Assembly (NCBI GenBank): GCA_963778115.1
Contig: CAVZSV010000004.1
Span: forward strand, 480,001 to 544,000
Length of the DNA: 64,000 nt
Direction of reading: 5' to 3'
Origin: an uncultured delta proteobacterium
GTDB lineage: Bacteria; Bdellovibrionota; FAC87; UBA2466
Shown here piece after piece: positions 10,231-19,700 of this stretch; position 1 is the stretch's first letter; each line of letters starts with the position of its first letter. A model generated the notes under the pieces. It searched no databases, had not been told where the DNA came from, and saw only the letters and a list, made by a program, of their open reading frames with translations. The position numbers were made by a program, and so were the translations under genes.

Positions 10231-10395
10231 AAGATGTTTTGGAGATGGAGCAGCCTAAGTAACTTAAATAGAGACGCTTTTTTACGGTGAGTTGGTGTCT
10301 TTTTGGCCCTGGCATGGCCCCAGTGGCCCCCACACCGACAGGAGTTGGGCTAAATTCCGCCCTGTCTTTGAGAGGGGGATAGTGGAGATCGTGGC

Positions 10396-10427
10396 AAAAA
10401 AAAGCCCGGGCTAGCTACCCGGGCTTT
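10396..10427 (-). terminator. rho-independent terminator
   Basis: aaagcccggg-ctagcta-cccgggcttt stem followed by a U-tract on the minus strand. Confidence 0.85.
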
Positions 10428-10451
10428 CGCTTCTACAGACTAAATTCAATC

Positions 10452-10883
10452 TTAGGCGCTGACTTTGGCACACTCAGAAGCGCACTTCGCACAACTCTCA
10501 GCGCAGTTCTTACAAATCGCATGATGGGATTCATGAACGCGACACGCCTTTTCGCACGCTTTGCAGGCGTCGCCGCAAAGAGCGGCCACTTTGGCAAGAT
10601 AGGGGGAGCGTTGGGCGGCAAGCTCGCCGAGTGCCCGACACAGGGTAAGCATCTCAGCCACACTCTTCGCACAGTCGGCCATGGACTTGTCACCAGCCGA
10701 AAGCAGATCCAAGCAGTGCTGCTGACAGATCTCCCCGGTTTTTACGCAGTTTAGTGCTGCTTCAATTAAAGCCTCTCGATTATCCGAACTTGCCCCTTTG
10801 GTTGCGGCCGCGGAGGCCGTGGATTTCAAAATACCCGTCGCCAAAATACCAGCCCCTGCCATTATCACTTCTCGTCGAGTCAT
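10452..10883 (-). CDS. Tat-exported four-helix-bundle copper storage protein (Csp1/2-like)
   Basis: MTRRE twin-arginine signal; many CxxxC/CxxC motifs; HESHHAICKNC. Confidence 0.88.
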   Translation of the reverse strand: MTRREVIMAGAGILATGILKSTASAAATKGASSDNREALIEAALNCVKTGEICQQHCLDLLSAGDKSMADCAKSVAEMLTLCRALGELAAQRSPYLAKVAALCGDACKACEKACRVHESHHAICKNCAESCAKCASECAKVSA

Positions 10884-10979
10884 CGGTGTGTTCTCCTAAA
10901 AATAGAGTTAAGGGCTCTATTCTCACCTCTCGGTTGTCGAGTGTCGATAAGAAATGAAAGTCCAAAAATAGCCAGCCGC

Positions 10980-11621
10980 CTACTTAACTTCGAATACGAT
11001 ACGAAGCCGTATCTTGGCGTCGATAGGGTTATGATTGTCTTCGGCGGGACGAAACTGCCAGAGTTTGGCCGTGTTTAATGCGATGGCATCGAGTTCTTCG
11101 TTGCCACTACTCGCCAGAAGTCGAGTCGTCGCGACTCCCCGGCTATTCACTAAGAACTCAATGACCACGGAAGCGTTTAGCTCTTCGTTTTGCAGATAGG
11201 AAGGAATCACTGGGGCTGGAGTATAAAAGGCGACCGGTCCGTGAGTCGCAGGCAAGGTTTGATCGTTTTGGCTGCGGGTTTGGTTGGTTTCTTCAAGCGG
11301 GGTCTCTCCCGCTTTGGCCTTGCGTCCTTTGCCCACTTCTTTGCTGATGGTCGCTTCTTTCGCGGCACGAATGGGCGAAGGCGTTTGCGAAACGAGATGG
11401 GTCTGTGTCGGCATCGTAACGACTTGGGCTTCGACGAAATGGCTCTCATCAATTCCGGTATTGTTAGAGGGATGGACCATCCAGTGTTCGGTGGTACCGG
11501 CTAAAATGAGAGCCACCATTTCAATGAGCAGAGCGGCCAGCGCGCAATAGGACAATACCTTCCATTCAGAGCTGGAGTCATCGGCACTCTTATTCATTAC
11601 GGTAAGGGGAAGCGGCTTCAT
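10980..11621 (-). CDS. tonB: TonB family energy transducer
   Basis: N-terminal TM; TonB_C pattern (SSGNEELDAIAL...WQFRPA). Confidence 0.8.
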   Translation of the reverse strand: MKPLPLTVMNKSADDSSSEWKVLSYCALAALLIEMVALILAGTTEHWMVHPSNNTGIDESHFVEAQVVTMPTQTHLVSQTPSPIRAAKEATISKEVGKGRKAKAGETPLEETNQTRSQNDQTLPATHGPVAFYTPAPVIPSYLQNEELNASVVIEFLVNSRGVATTRLLASSGNEELDAIALNTAKLWQFRPAEDNHNPIDAKIRLRIVFEVK

Positions 11622-12028
11622 TTGGCCTTTGTCGCCTCGGTGGCAAGCGCAAATTTCCTGACCCCGATCTGGCGGGCGGCATCCATCACTTTAACTACGA
11701 GCCCATAATTGGTCCCTTCGTCAGCATTCACCACCACGATGTCTTGAGTATCGTGGTGCATCTCATAGGCGAGCTGACTTCCTAGAGATTCCAAGGTGAC
11801 CGGGGTCTTATTGAGAAAGACCGCTCCGTCTTTTTTAATGGTCAGAATAATGTCTTGTTTAAGCGCTTCGGGGCTAGAGGAGGTCTTGGGCAAAGCCACG
11901 GGCATGCTATTGATCTTTGTCATCGCCAAAGAAGAGACCATGAAAAAAACCAGCAAGAAGAAAATAACATCGATCATCGGAATGATTTCGATACGGGCTC
12001 GCTTGACCGTTCTTCGTCGAATATTCAT
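11618..12028 (-). CDS. exbD: ExbD/TolR protein
   Basis: IIPMIDVIFFLLVFFMV; NADEGTNYGLVVKVMD. Confidence 0.92.
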   Translation of the reverse strand: MNIRRRTVKRARIEIIPMIDVIFFLLVFFMVSSLAMTKINSMPVALPKTSSSPEALKQDIILTIKKDGAVFLNKTPVTLESLGSQLAYEMHHDTQDIVVVNADEGTNYGLVVKVMDAARQIGVRKFALATEATKAK

Positions 12029-12029
12029 G

Positions 12030-12668
12030 TTATTTCCCGTTCAGCCGATGTATGGCCATCCGAGCTTCCACCAGCCTGGAGCCGGCACCTTCCAAGTCGT
12101 AAATGAAATTTTTCACCCGCGCGGTAATGTAATTGTAGGCGACCAAACAAAATAGAGCGATGACTAGACCCGTAGCTGTCGCGATAAGAGCTTCAGCGAC
12201 TCCTCCTGTGATCGCATGGGGCTCGTTAACTCCCTTTTCGGAGAGGACCTGGAAGGAAGCCATCATTCCGGTAATGGTCCCCAATAAGCCCATCAAGGGG
12301 GCTGCCGTTATGATCGTATCGATCACATCTACCCGTCGTTCTAACTTTGGTAGCCAGGACTCGGCGGTATTTTTCATTGCAAGCTCCATCTCGGCCAAGG
12401 GGCTATTGAGATGGACCAGCCCTGCCGCCAAGACATCTTCCACCGGTGTCGAACGAGCCGCACAAGCTTGGGAGGCCTCTTGCACTTTGCCCGTGCGCAC
12501 GTCGCCGAGGACCCTCTCTAAAAGCCCCGCGGGTGCTTTGAATTTTTTCTGGAGAACCAGAATTCTTTCTAAAATGACCGTAAGGCCGATGAGGGCCGCA
12601 ATAAGGAGCGGGTACATCATGAACCCGCCCCGCAAAATAAACTCAAGACCGGCGACAAATGAGTGCAT
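12030..12668 (-). CDS. exbB: ExbB/TolQ proton channel
   Basis: APLMGLLGTITGM; GGVAEALIATATGL. Confidence 0.92.
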   Translation of the reverse strand: MHSFVAGLEFILRGGFMMYPLLIAALIGLTVILERILVLQKKFKAPAGLLERVLGDVRTGKVQEASQACAARSTPVEDVLAAGLVHLNSPLAEMELAMKNTAESWLPKLERRVDVIDTIITAAPLMGLLGTITGMMASFQVLSEKGVNEPHAITGGVAEALIATATGLVIALFCLVAYNYITARVKNFIYDLEGAGSRLVEARMAIHRLNGK

Positions 12669-12780
12669 GCTTTTCTTTCCTAAGTCGATGAATAATGAAT
12701 TAAGGCGATCAGAATTCGATCTCCTCAAGCCGCAAATAATCTAAAAGGATTCTGAGGATTTGTCACGCGGACCTAAATCT

Positions 12781-13785
12781 TTAAGGAGAGACCTGAGCGT
12801 CAAACCACGTTTGGCAATAACTAACGCTGCAACTGGAGTGGCTGATGTTGGGATAGGATTGAAAGGTACAGCTGTAACCCCCGTAGGAGCTGATAAGACC
12901 GCAGAAGGTGTTAATTCCTATAGCGGGAACGACATCTTCGGTGCAAGGATCTAGCCCACTCCCGCATTCGCCCAAATTCCAGTTGGTGATGGCAAGAGTG
13001 GTGGGAGAGACGTTAATGACACTATCGGTGTCCACGTCTGAGCTATGAGCAGGGCTGCACGGGCACGGTCCCACTCCACAATCGTGACCGCCCAAATAGA
13101 GACTTCCGGTATAGCGCCCTACTACGACGCCGTGAGGCAAAGTGGCCGCCGGATCCGTAGCTTCGCAACCGTTGGCGCCTGCAAAGCTATCCATACCCGG
13201 AATATCGTAGATCCCTTCGAATAAGCAGGCCGCGGTTCCCGCAGTCCCCTGCCAAGAGGTTTGGGTGAAATCGGTCGTACGAGCCATGCTCACCACCGGA
13301 GATGTCGCGCCGTGCCCCATTCCCGCGTAAAAAAGATACTCTCCGCTCCAGTTGGCCGCTAACGTCGTATCGGTGGTAATCGCCGTTATCAGAGCACTCA
13401 CCCTGCTTTCGTCTTTATTATACGGATAGGTCGTCGCTCCCGCGTAAGTTTCGTAGAGGTTGGCGCAAACCGCGACATAACTATCTAATGCGTAAGTGGA
13501 CAATGCCGTCGTATCGCATGTCATGTTGTCATCGGAAAAAGAGATAAGCAATTTTCGACAGCCGTGGCTCGCACAGAGGGTGGAGTCATAAGCGTAGCGG
13601 TAACTACAGTTTTCAGAACCCGTCCCTAAGCTGGAACAACTTACCGGAACGGTTCCCGTAATGACGCCAGCCGCCGTAGAGGAGGACTTACTCTTAGAAC
13701 AGTTATTGATGGACAGAAAAGTGAGGAACATCGACAAAACGATGGCAAAGTACCCCACGGAGCGTGCGTGTTGTCGTTTCATCAA
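12781..13785 (-). CDS. secreted or lipoprotein Cys-rich hypothetical protein, possibly alpha/beta-hydrolase fold
   Basis: signal peptide plus Cys; elbow-like AGMGHG lacks the Ser nucleophile. Confidence 0.6.
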   Translation of the reverse strand: MMKRQHARSVGYFAIVLSMFLTFLSINNCSKSKSSSTAAGVITGTVPVSCSSLGTGSENCSYRYAYDSTLCASHGCRKLLISFSDDNMTCDTTALSTYALDSYVAVCANLYETYAGATTYPYNKDESRVSALITAITTDTTLAANWSGEYLFYAGMGHGATSPVVSMARTTDFTQTSWQGTAGTAACLFEGIYDIPGMDSFAGANGCEATDPAATLPHGVVVGRYTGSLYLGGHDCGVGPCPCSPAHSSDVDTDSVINVSPTTLAITNWNLGECGSGLDPCTEDVVPAIGINTFCGLISSYGGYSCTFQSYPNISHSSCSVSYCQTWFDAQVSP

Positions 13786-13826
13786 CTTAGATTGTAACGC
13801 AGGTTAACGAAAAACAGCAGCTAAGT

Positions 13827-14297
13827 TTAAGCTTGGTTCCAAGGCATTTTGCTAAGCAGTGTCGCCATAGCGCAAGTATCGGTAACGGCGGAAAAGATAA
13901 GCCCCGCGCCCACGAAAAGACTAAGCCAGAGGAAAGCCGGGTGCACCAACAGACTTGCCGTCAATCCGCCAACCACGAGAGATCCCGCGACAAACCTTAC
14001 TTGGCGATCGAGGGCCCACGTGTTCTTCATTCCTTTCTCAATAGCTAGTCCTTGCGCTTTCCACGCTTCGATTCCCCCTTCAAGGACTGAAGCGTTTTTA
14101 AATCCGCGCTTTTCCAATTCGGCCAACGCACGTTTCGCACGGTTTCCGCTGCGACAAACGATGACGAGGGGTTTGCTTCAATCCAAGGAATCCGAAAGCA
14201 TTTCAAGTTGAGACAGGGGCAAAGAACGGGCACCCGGAATTCGCTCGGTGGCGAACTCCGCGGGCTCCCGGACATCAATGTAGTGAGCGTCTATCAC
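13827..14297 (-). pseudogene. rhodanese + DUF2892 (YgaP-like) membrane protein with an internal TGA
   Basis: in frame from GTG 14297: IDVREPAEF...LD*SKPLVIVCRSGNR...LEGGIEAW; TGA at 14178-14180. Confidence 0.75.
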
Positions 14298-14349
14298 GAA
14301 GGGACCTTAGCAGGTTAGGAAATTGGCTTCAAGAAAGTCTTGTGAAAGG

Positions 14350-14389
14350 GGTGTCACTCAGCCTTTCGCAGAAACGACTGAGTGACACC
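14350..14389. repeat. 12-bp inverted repeat (hairpin/REP-like)
   Basis: ggtgtcactcag-N16-ctgagtgacacc. Confidence 0.6.
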
Positions 14390-14441
14390 ATGAGTGGTGA
14401 CTGAAGAATTTGGCAAGAACCGTTCTTCTTTTTCGGTTTCT

Positions 14442-14528
14442 TTAAACTAACGTCACAGCGGAAACCAACAGTGCGAGAAGAATCACATTCAGGATTTGAA
14501 AAATCATGTCAGTGCGTTTCTTATCCAT
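14442..14528 (-). CDS. putative 28-aa single-TM small protein
   Basis: MDKKRTDMIFQILNVILLALLVSAVTLV*; below the ORF-track size cutoff; no clear RBS. Confidence 0.35.
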   Translation of the reverse strand: MDKKRTDMIFQILNVILLALLVSAVTLV

Positions 14529-14702
14529 GGGTCTGAGATTAAAACGATAAGAAAAAAGCTACTTGAATTAACGGCATTAGTATTAACGGCCGTTAAGACG
14601 AGGTATTAGAAAAAAGTGCTTCGTCCTAAACTGCCACGTCGCCCTCTGAGCAACTCGTAATGATAGAAGTTTGGCTGCCATGGGGGGGGGAAACCGGTGT
14701 CG

Positions 14703-15605
14703 TTACTCTTCCTCCCCCAAATACAACAATGCCCGATAGAGTTTAAAGCTCGCAATAAGATCATCCATCGTAAACTGAACGGTCCTGGGCCCTACTCTTT
14801 TTAAGTAAGGCAATAACATCGCACTATCTGCTTGAGTGGTATGGAAGTACGTCAGCTCCACCTGATAGGGAGGCTTTAGTTGATAGGGCAGCACCTGCTT
14901 TCTTTTCTTAATCGCCTCTTCCACCGTTTCCCGAATAAGCACATGCGCTCTTTCGGGAGAAAGAAGTTTCGCCGAAGTTCTCCCAATAGCCTCTTTCACC
15001 GAAGCGGTCCTCACTTCACTGCCTAATAATTCACGAGTTTGAGCCGACGTTGCATCATCTCCCGAGACAAAAACCACGGGGACGCCGTAATGGCCCGCCA
15101 CCCAAGCGTTTAATCCCAACTCCGGCATCTCTACTCCATTTACTTTCACCGCAAAAACCGTGGATGAAGCGTTAGTGTGATCTAGGACGGCGTTTTCAGT
15201 CCCCGAACGAGCGTGGTAACCAATAAAGAGAACGGCATCGAACGTACTATCTAATCCCTGCATCATGCCAAGGGGTTTTGGAGATCCTGAGATGAGAGTC
15301 GCTTTGGGATTAAGGTCACTCCAGAGCAAATTGCGCTGTCCTCCGTGCGCGTCGTTCACCACAATTTCCGTGGCTCCCGCTTTGACTGCCCCTTCGATAG
15401 CCGCATTGGTATCTTCCGCCATCCATTTCCGAGCGATGTCATAATCATGTCCGCTTTTTCCGGTTTGGTCCGTTTGAACCACGCCAGAAATTCCTTCCAT
15501 ATCCACCGATAAATAAATCTTAAGACCACGGGCCGACGCTGATTGCTCAATAGATAGCAGGCAAACCAAAGTTGCGATCGCAATCTTGGTGAATGAAACT
15601 TTCAT
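14703..15605 (-). CDS. dppA: M55 family D-aminopeptidase with signal peptide
   Basis: IYLSVDMEG, NDAHG, GYHARSG, LDHT, FVSGDD. Confidence 0.88.
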   Translation of the reverse strand: MKVSFTKIAIATLVCLLSIEQSASARGLKIYLSVDMEGISGVVQTDQTGKSGHDYDIARKWMAEDTNAAIEGAVKAGATEIVVNDAHGGQRNLLWSDLNPKATLISGSPKPLGMMQGLDSTFDAVLFIGYHARSGTENAVLDHTNASSTVFAVKVNGVEMPELGLNAWVAGHYGVPVVFVSGDDATSAQTRELLGSEVRTASVKEAIGRTSAKLLSPERAHVLIRETVEEAIKKRKQVLPYQLKPPYQVELTYFHTTQADSAMLLPYLKRVGPRTVQFTMDDLIASFKLYRALLYLGEEE

Positions 15606-15739
15606 CTCCCCTCCCCTTATTGACTTTAGCGCTCCCAGTAGTAGCACCCCCTTGAAAACTAGGCGAGCGACAAATGTGCGTCTTGACCAGCTGCCCAGTC
15701 GGACTTACTTTCGAAAGCGGCAGGAGAGGAAAAGGTCCC

Positions 15740-16723
15740 ATGCTAACTAAATTAGAATCCATGGCACGGATACCTTTGGCACAGCTTCCTACCCCCCTGG
15801 AATTAATGCCTCGCTTGGGAAAGGCACTGGGACTCCAAGAACTTTACGTGAAACGGGATGACCTCACCGGAACGGAGCTCGGAGGAAATAAAGCCAGAAA
15901 GCTTGAATATGAATTCGCACAAATCGTCCGCCAAAAATGCGATGTCGTCATCACCACGGGTGGCCCTCAATCCAATCACGCTCGCATTACAGCGGCATTC
16001 GCTCGAAAACTTGGAATTGAAACTAAACTGGTCTTGACCGGAGATCGACCCGCTGACAACCAGGGGAATCTTCTTTTGAATTCGATCTTAGGAGCGCAAA
16101 TTCGTTTCGTTCCTGAGTATCTGACGCCGGTTGAACTGAACGCTCAGATGGAAAAATGGAAAAATGAGCTATTGGAATCGGGACGTAACCCTTACCTTAT
16201 TCCTTTGGGAGCAAGTACCGGGCTCGGTGCTTTGGGTTATGTTCGAGCGATGTCGGAGCTGTTGCCCTTTTTCGGCCGTAAAGAGGTTCAGATCTTACTC
16301 GCCGTAGGATCGTGCGGAACTTTGGCCGGTGCCGTTTTAGGAGCCGAATTTTTCTTACCCTTCGCCCGAGTCATTGGAATTAGTGTGTCTCGCAAGAGTC
16401 GCGATATCGCCACGCGCACGATCGCCATCATGAAAGAGAGTTCAGAGTATCTGCACTGCTTAACGACTCTTAAAGAAGACGATCTTGAAATCTATGATGA
16501 TTACTATGGTGAATACGGAAAATTGACTCCTTCCGGAAAAGAAGCTCTCTTACTCGCGGGACGGACCGAGGGACTTTTGCTCGATCCTATTTATACCGCT
16601 AAGGCCATGGCGGGCCTTTGTGATTTAGCTCGCCGCGGAGTCTTGAAAAAGGAGGTCCCTACCGTCTTCGTACACACCGGAGGACTTCCGATTACTTTCG
16701 CGTTTTCAAAAGAGCTTTCCTAG
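15740..16723 (+). CDS. D-cysteine desulfhydrase/ACC deaminase family PLP enzyme
   Basis: KRDDLTG..GGNKARKLEY, QSNHAR, LLDPIYTAKA, HTGG. Confidence 0.9.
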   Translation: MLTKLESMARIPLAQLPTPLELMPRLGKALGLQELYVKRDDLTGTELGGNKARKLEYEFAQIVRQKCDVVITTGGPQSNHARITAAFARKLGIETKLVLTGDRPADNQGNLLLNSILGAQIRFVPEYLTPVELNAQMEKWKNELLESGRNPYLIPLGASTGLGALGYVRAMSELLPFFGRKEVQILLAVGSCGTLAGAVLGAEFFLPFARVIGISVSRKSRDIATRTIAIMKESSEYLHCLTTLKEDDLEIYDDYYGEYGKLTPSGKEALLLAGRTEGLLLDPIYTAKAMAGLCDLARRGVLKKEVPTVFVHTGGLPITFAFSKELS

Positions 16724-16730
16724 ACCCCGG

Positions 16731-19700
16731 CTAATTTTGATGGGTCATTTGAAGGAACAGATCACTAAAAGTCTCTCCATCGTCTTTTCCCCGTTGCACC
16801 TGCACTTCCCTGTTGTTTCGCTTATCTTTTATTTTCTTTCTGGGATCATCCGTCGGGAAAAAGCGACTGACCGTATCCTTGGGGCCGGGAGGGGTTCCTA
16901 CCCCGATCACTTCCACCCGAACATTATTCGTATAGGTGATCTTATCGACGTAGGCCACCTGGCAAACGGAATTTTCGAATGCAAAGACGTCAGAGGGAAA
17001 GGGAGAGTCTTGCGTTTTTTGAAAAGCAATCGAAGTTTCGTAGACATCTCTGCCCACCTCTTTTTCGACCACGGGAGCAACCGTTAAGCCTAAACTTCGC
17101 GCCGCATTCGTATAGAAAGAGATTAGCTTTTTGGAGCCCATTTTGCCCCCTTTCAATTTAATCGTAACCTCTTTCTGTGGAGGGGGCAGACCTAATGCCG
17201 CTCGGTTAGGGGAGGAGAGCAACCCTATCAATTGCTGCGTTCGTACGTTGGCAACTTTCGACGTCACTTTGGAAGAAGAGTCTTTGCTCGAAGCTTCCGC
17301 ATTGGCTTTCGCATCCCTTTCATTCTCCGCCCTATCCCGCATGGCCAGAATATCAAGGTGAAAAGAATCCACATCATCGGTCAATCGGCGTTCCACCAGA
17401 TCGTGAAGGCGCTGTTTCCCCTGAGAGGGGTCTTTATCATTGAGGCCGTCCAATACCACGCCATCGAGAGCCTTACCAAGACGTCCCTCCAGTCCAACGG
17501 CCGAAGCTTGCGGATATCTCTCAGTATGATCGTGAAAAGCTCTAGCCAAATCCAAAATGGTATCGGGACTAGCACTATCGATAGTCATTTTTAATTTATC
17601 CGCGAGGTCTCTTTCGGAGCTAAGGACGGAAGTGGGAACGGGAAGCGCCTTTCTTCTCTCAAGAAAATCGTCTATCCGCGCGACGGTAACCTCCGAAGGG
17701 GGTATTCCGAGCTGAGACGGAAAGTTTCCGGCATTTCCCTTTAGCACTGCTTTGATGAAAGTCTTGTCGTGCTTAAATCTATCGATAGCCGCCGCAATCT
17801 CGGTTTCTCCGTACGTCGCATTCTTTCCTAAAGAGGGCGGAGCGCGCCTCTTATCTAAGAAAGTCTGCAAAACCTCCGCGGTTCCCTCCGCAGTTTCAAT
17901 CTTTTTCCTCCAAGCCGATCTTCGCTTCTGGAAATCGAAAATAGCTTGTTGAAATAATGGAGAGCCCACCTCCGTCGATTTACGGGTAAAGCCCATCGAA
18001 ACCGGATCGTCGGGCTTATCGAGAATATCGGTAAGCAAATCGTGAATCCTTCTCCCTTCAGGATCGGTGCCGCCTATTTCGTCAACCGCGCCTTTATTCG
18101 AAATGTATTGCGCTATTTTATTATAGGCATCCACTCCTCGTACGTGATCGCGATTCGAGGAAAAAAACTTTTGTCTCGCGGCTTCAATATCGGAAGCGGT
18201 CCAAACAATTTCCGGAGCTAAGACGATGGGCTCCTTTTCATCTGCTTCATCCAGGTCGTCTTCTTCGTTTCCTTTGCTCGTGGGATCTTTGGGTCTTCTT
18301 TTCTTCCTTGGTTCTCTTATCTTTCGCTCGTGCTGCTCGTAATCCCTTTTCGCAATGTTATACAGCGCATCCATGACCATTGCCGTATCGCTATCGTTAA
18401 CATCTTGGAATGTTACGATGTCGGAGCGCTTTACTTTGCCTTCTGTCATGCGAAGCACTCGTCCAACGCGTTGCAGTAACTCTTTGGGGGCGATGCTGTG
18501 GTTGGTGTCGATGTAGGCCGTAAGGGTGGGAACGTTGATTCCTTCGTCTAGCATTCCCACGGTGAAAAGCATTGTGATCTCACCTTTTCGAAACTTCTCT
18601 TTTATCTCCGCTTGATCGGAGGGAGATAAGTTCGAATGCAATACTCCAATTACGTGCTCCTTGCCGCTAGGAGTTTTCAAATGAAGATTTCTTGCAAAAG
18701 CGGCGAGATTGTCTGCTTCAGTGGTCGTGGGGGAAGCAAAAAAGAGATGTTCGTTATTTTCGAGTATGGGACGAAGCCGGTTAAATACGTTGCCATACTG
18801 CTCTGGGTTCATAATGACCCGTTCCCCTTGCTTCATGGGATACAGAAATAGAGGGTGACCCGTCTCGTCCTGAAAATGCCACGGGTTAATAAAATGGGTA
18901 TCGAAAGGGTGAGACTCTCCCAACTCAAGAGCAGTCTGTAGCTGGGTCAGGATTTCAGTAGCGCTTCGATCAAATTTCCCACGCGCTTTGAGATATCCTT
19001 CGGCATTATCTAAATAAGCCCAAAAAGCATTATCGTGAAAGACATGGGAGATAAGATCTTTGTCTCTTCGAATAGGTGTTGCGGTAAATCCGACAACAGG
19101 AGCCGAACCGTGCGGGGGCCTGTCATTAGGGACGTCGGCATTCCGAGAGATGCCTCTCACATCATCTAGAAAATGGTTGGTAAGCTCCGCTCCCGCGTTA
19201 TGGGCTTCATCGATGAATAGAGAGGCCAAATGGTCTTTAAGAAGGGCGATATTCATTTTCCGATTCTCTTCGGGATCTTCAAAGGGCCCTTTATCCAGCT
19301 TATTGATAATGGTTTGGATCGTAGTGACCAAGACAACGGGCTCTCCGCTCTCGGCCCTTCTGACCAGCTCGTCGATAGTTTCAGGAGCGTTAGCCGCTGC
19401 CAACTTCTCGGCTTGCGTAAGCTCTCTATTGGTCCCGCCCCAACGGACCGTTTCGTAACCGAGATGGGTAGGCATGGCGAGAATATCGTCATGGAGCTGG
19501 TCCACTAAGCCCACTTGATTGGCGAATAAGATATGAAGGCTTGGAATCCCCTTGCGCCCTTCTCCCGGGGCTCGGCTCGCCAATGCATCGTGATTTTTTT
19601 GAAGCAAGTGAGTCAAAGCTCCTTGCATTACGATGGTCTTTCCTACTCCGGTAGGACCTACGAAGAGGAAAGAGTCGTCGCCTGCTTCCATAGCTCCCTC

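Noticed and set aside
14178..14180. Selenocysteine codon or genome-wide TGA recoding
   Set aside because: The TGA is not at the catalytic Cys position, and TGA ends many normal genes in this window.
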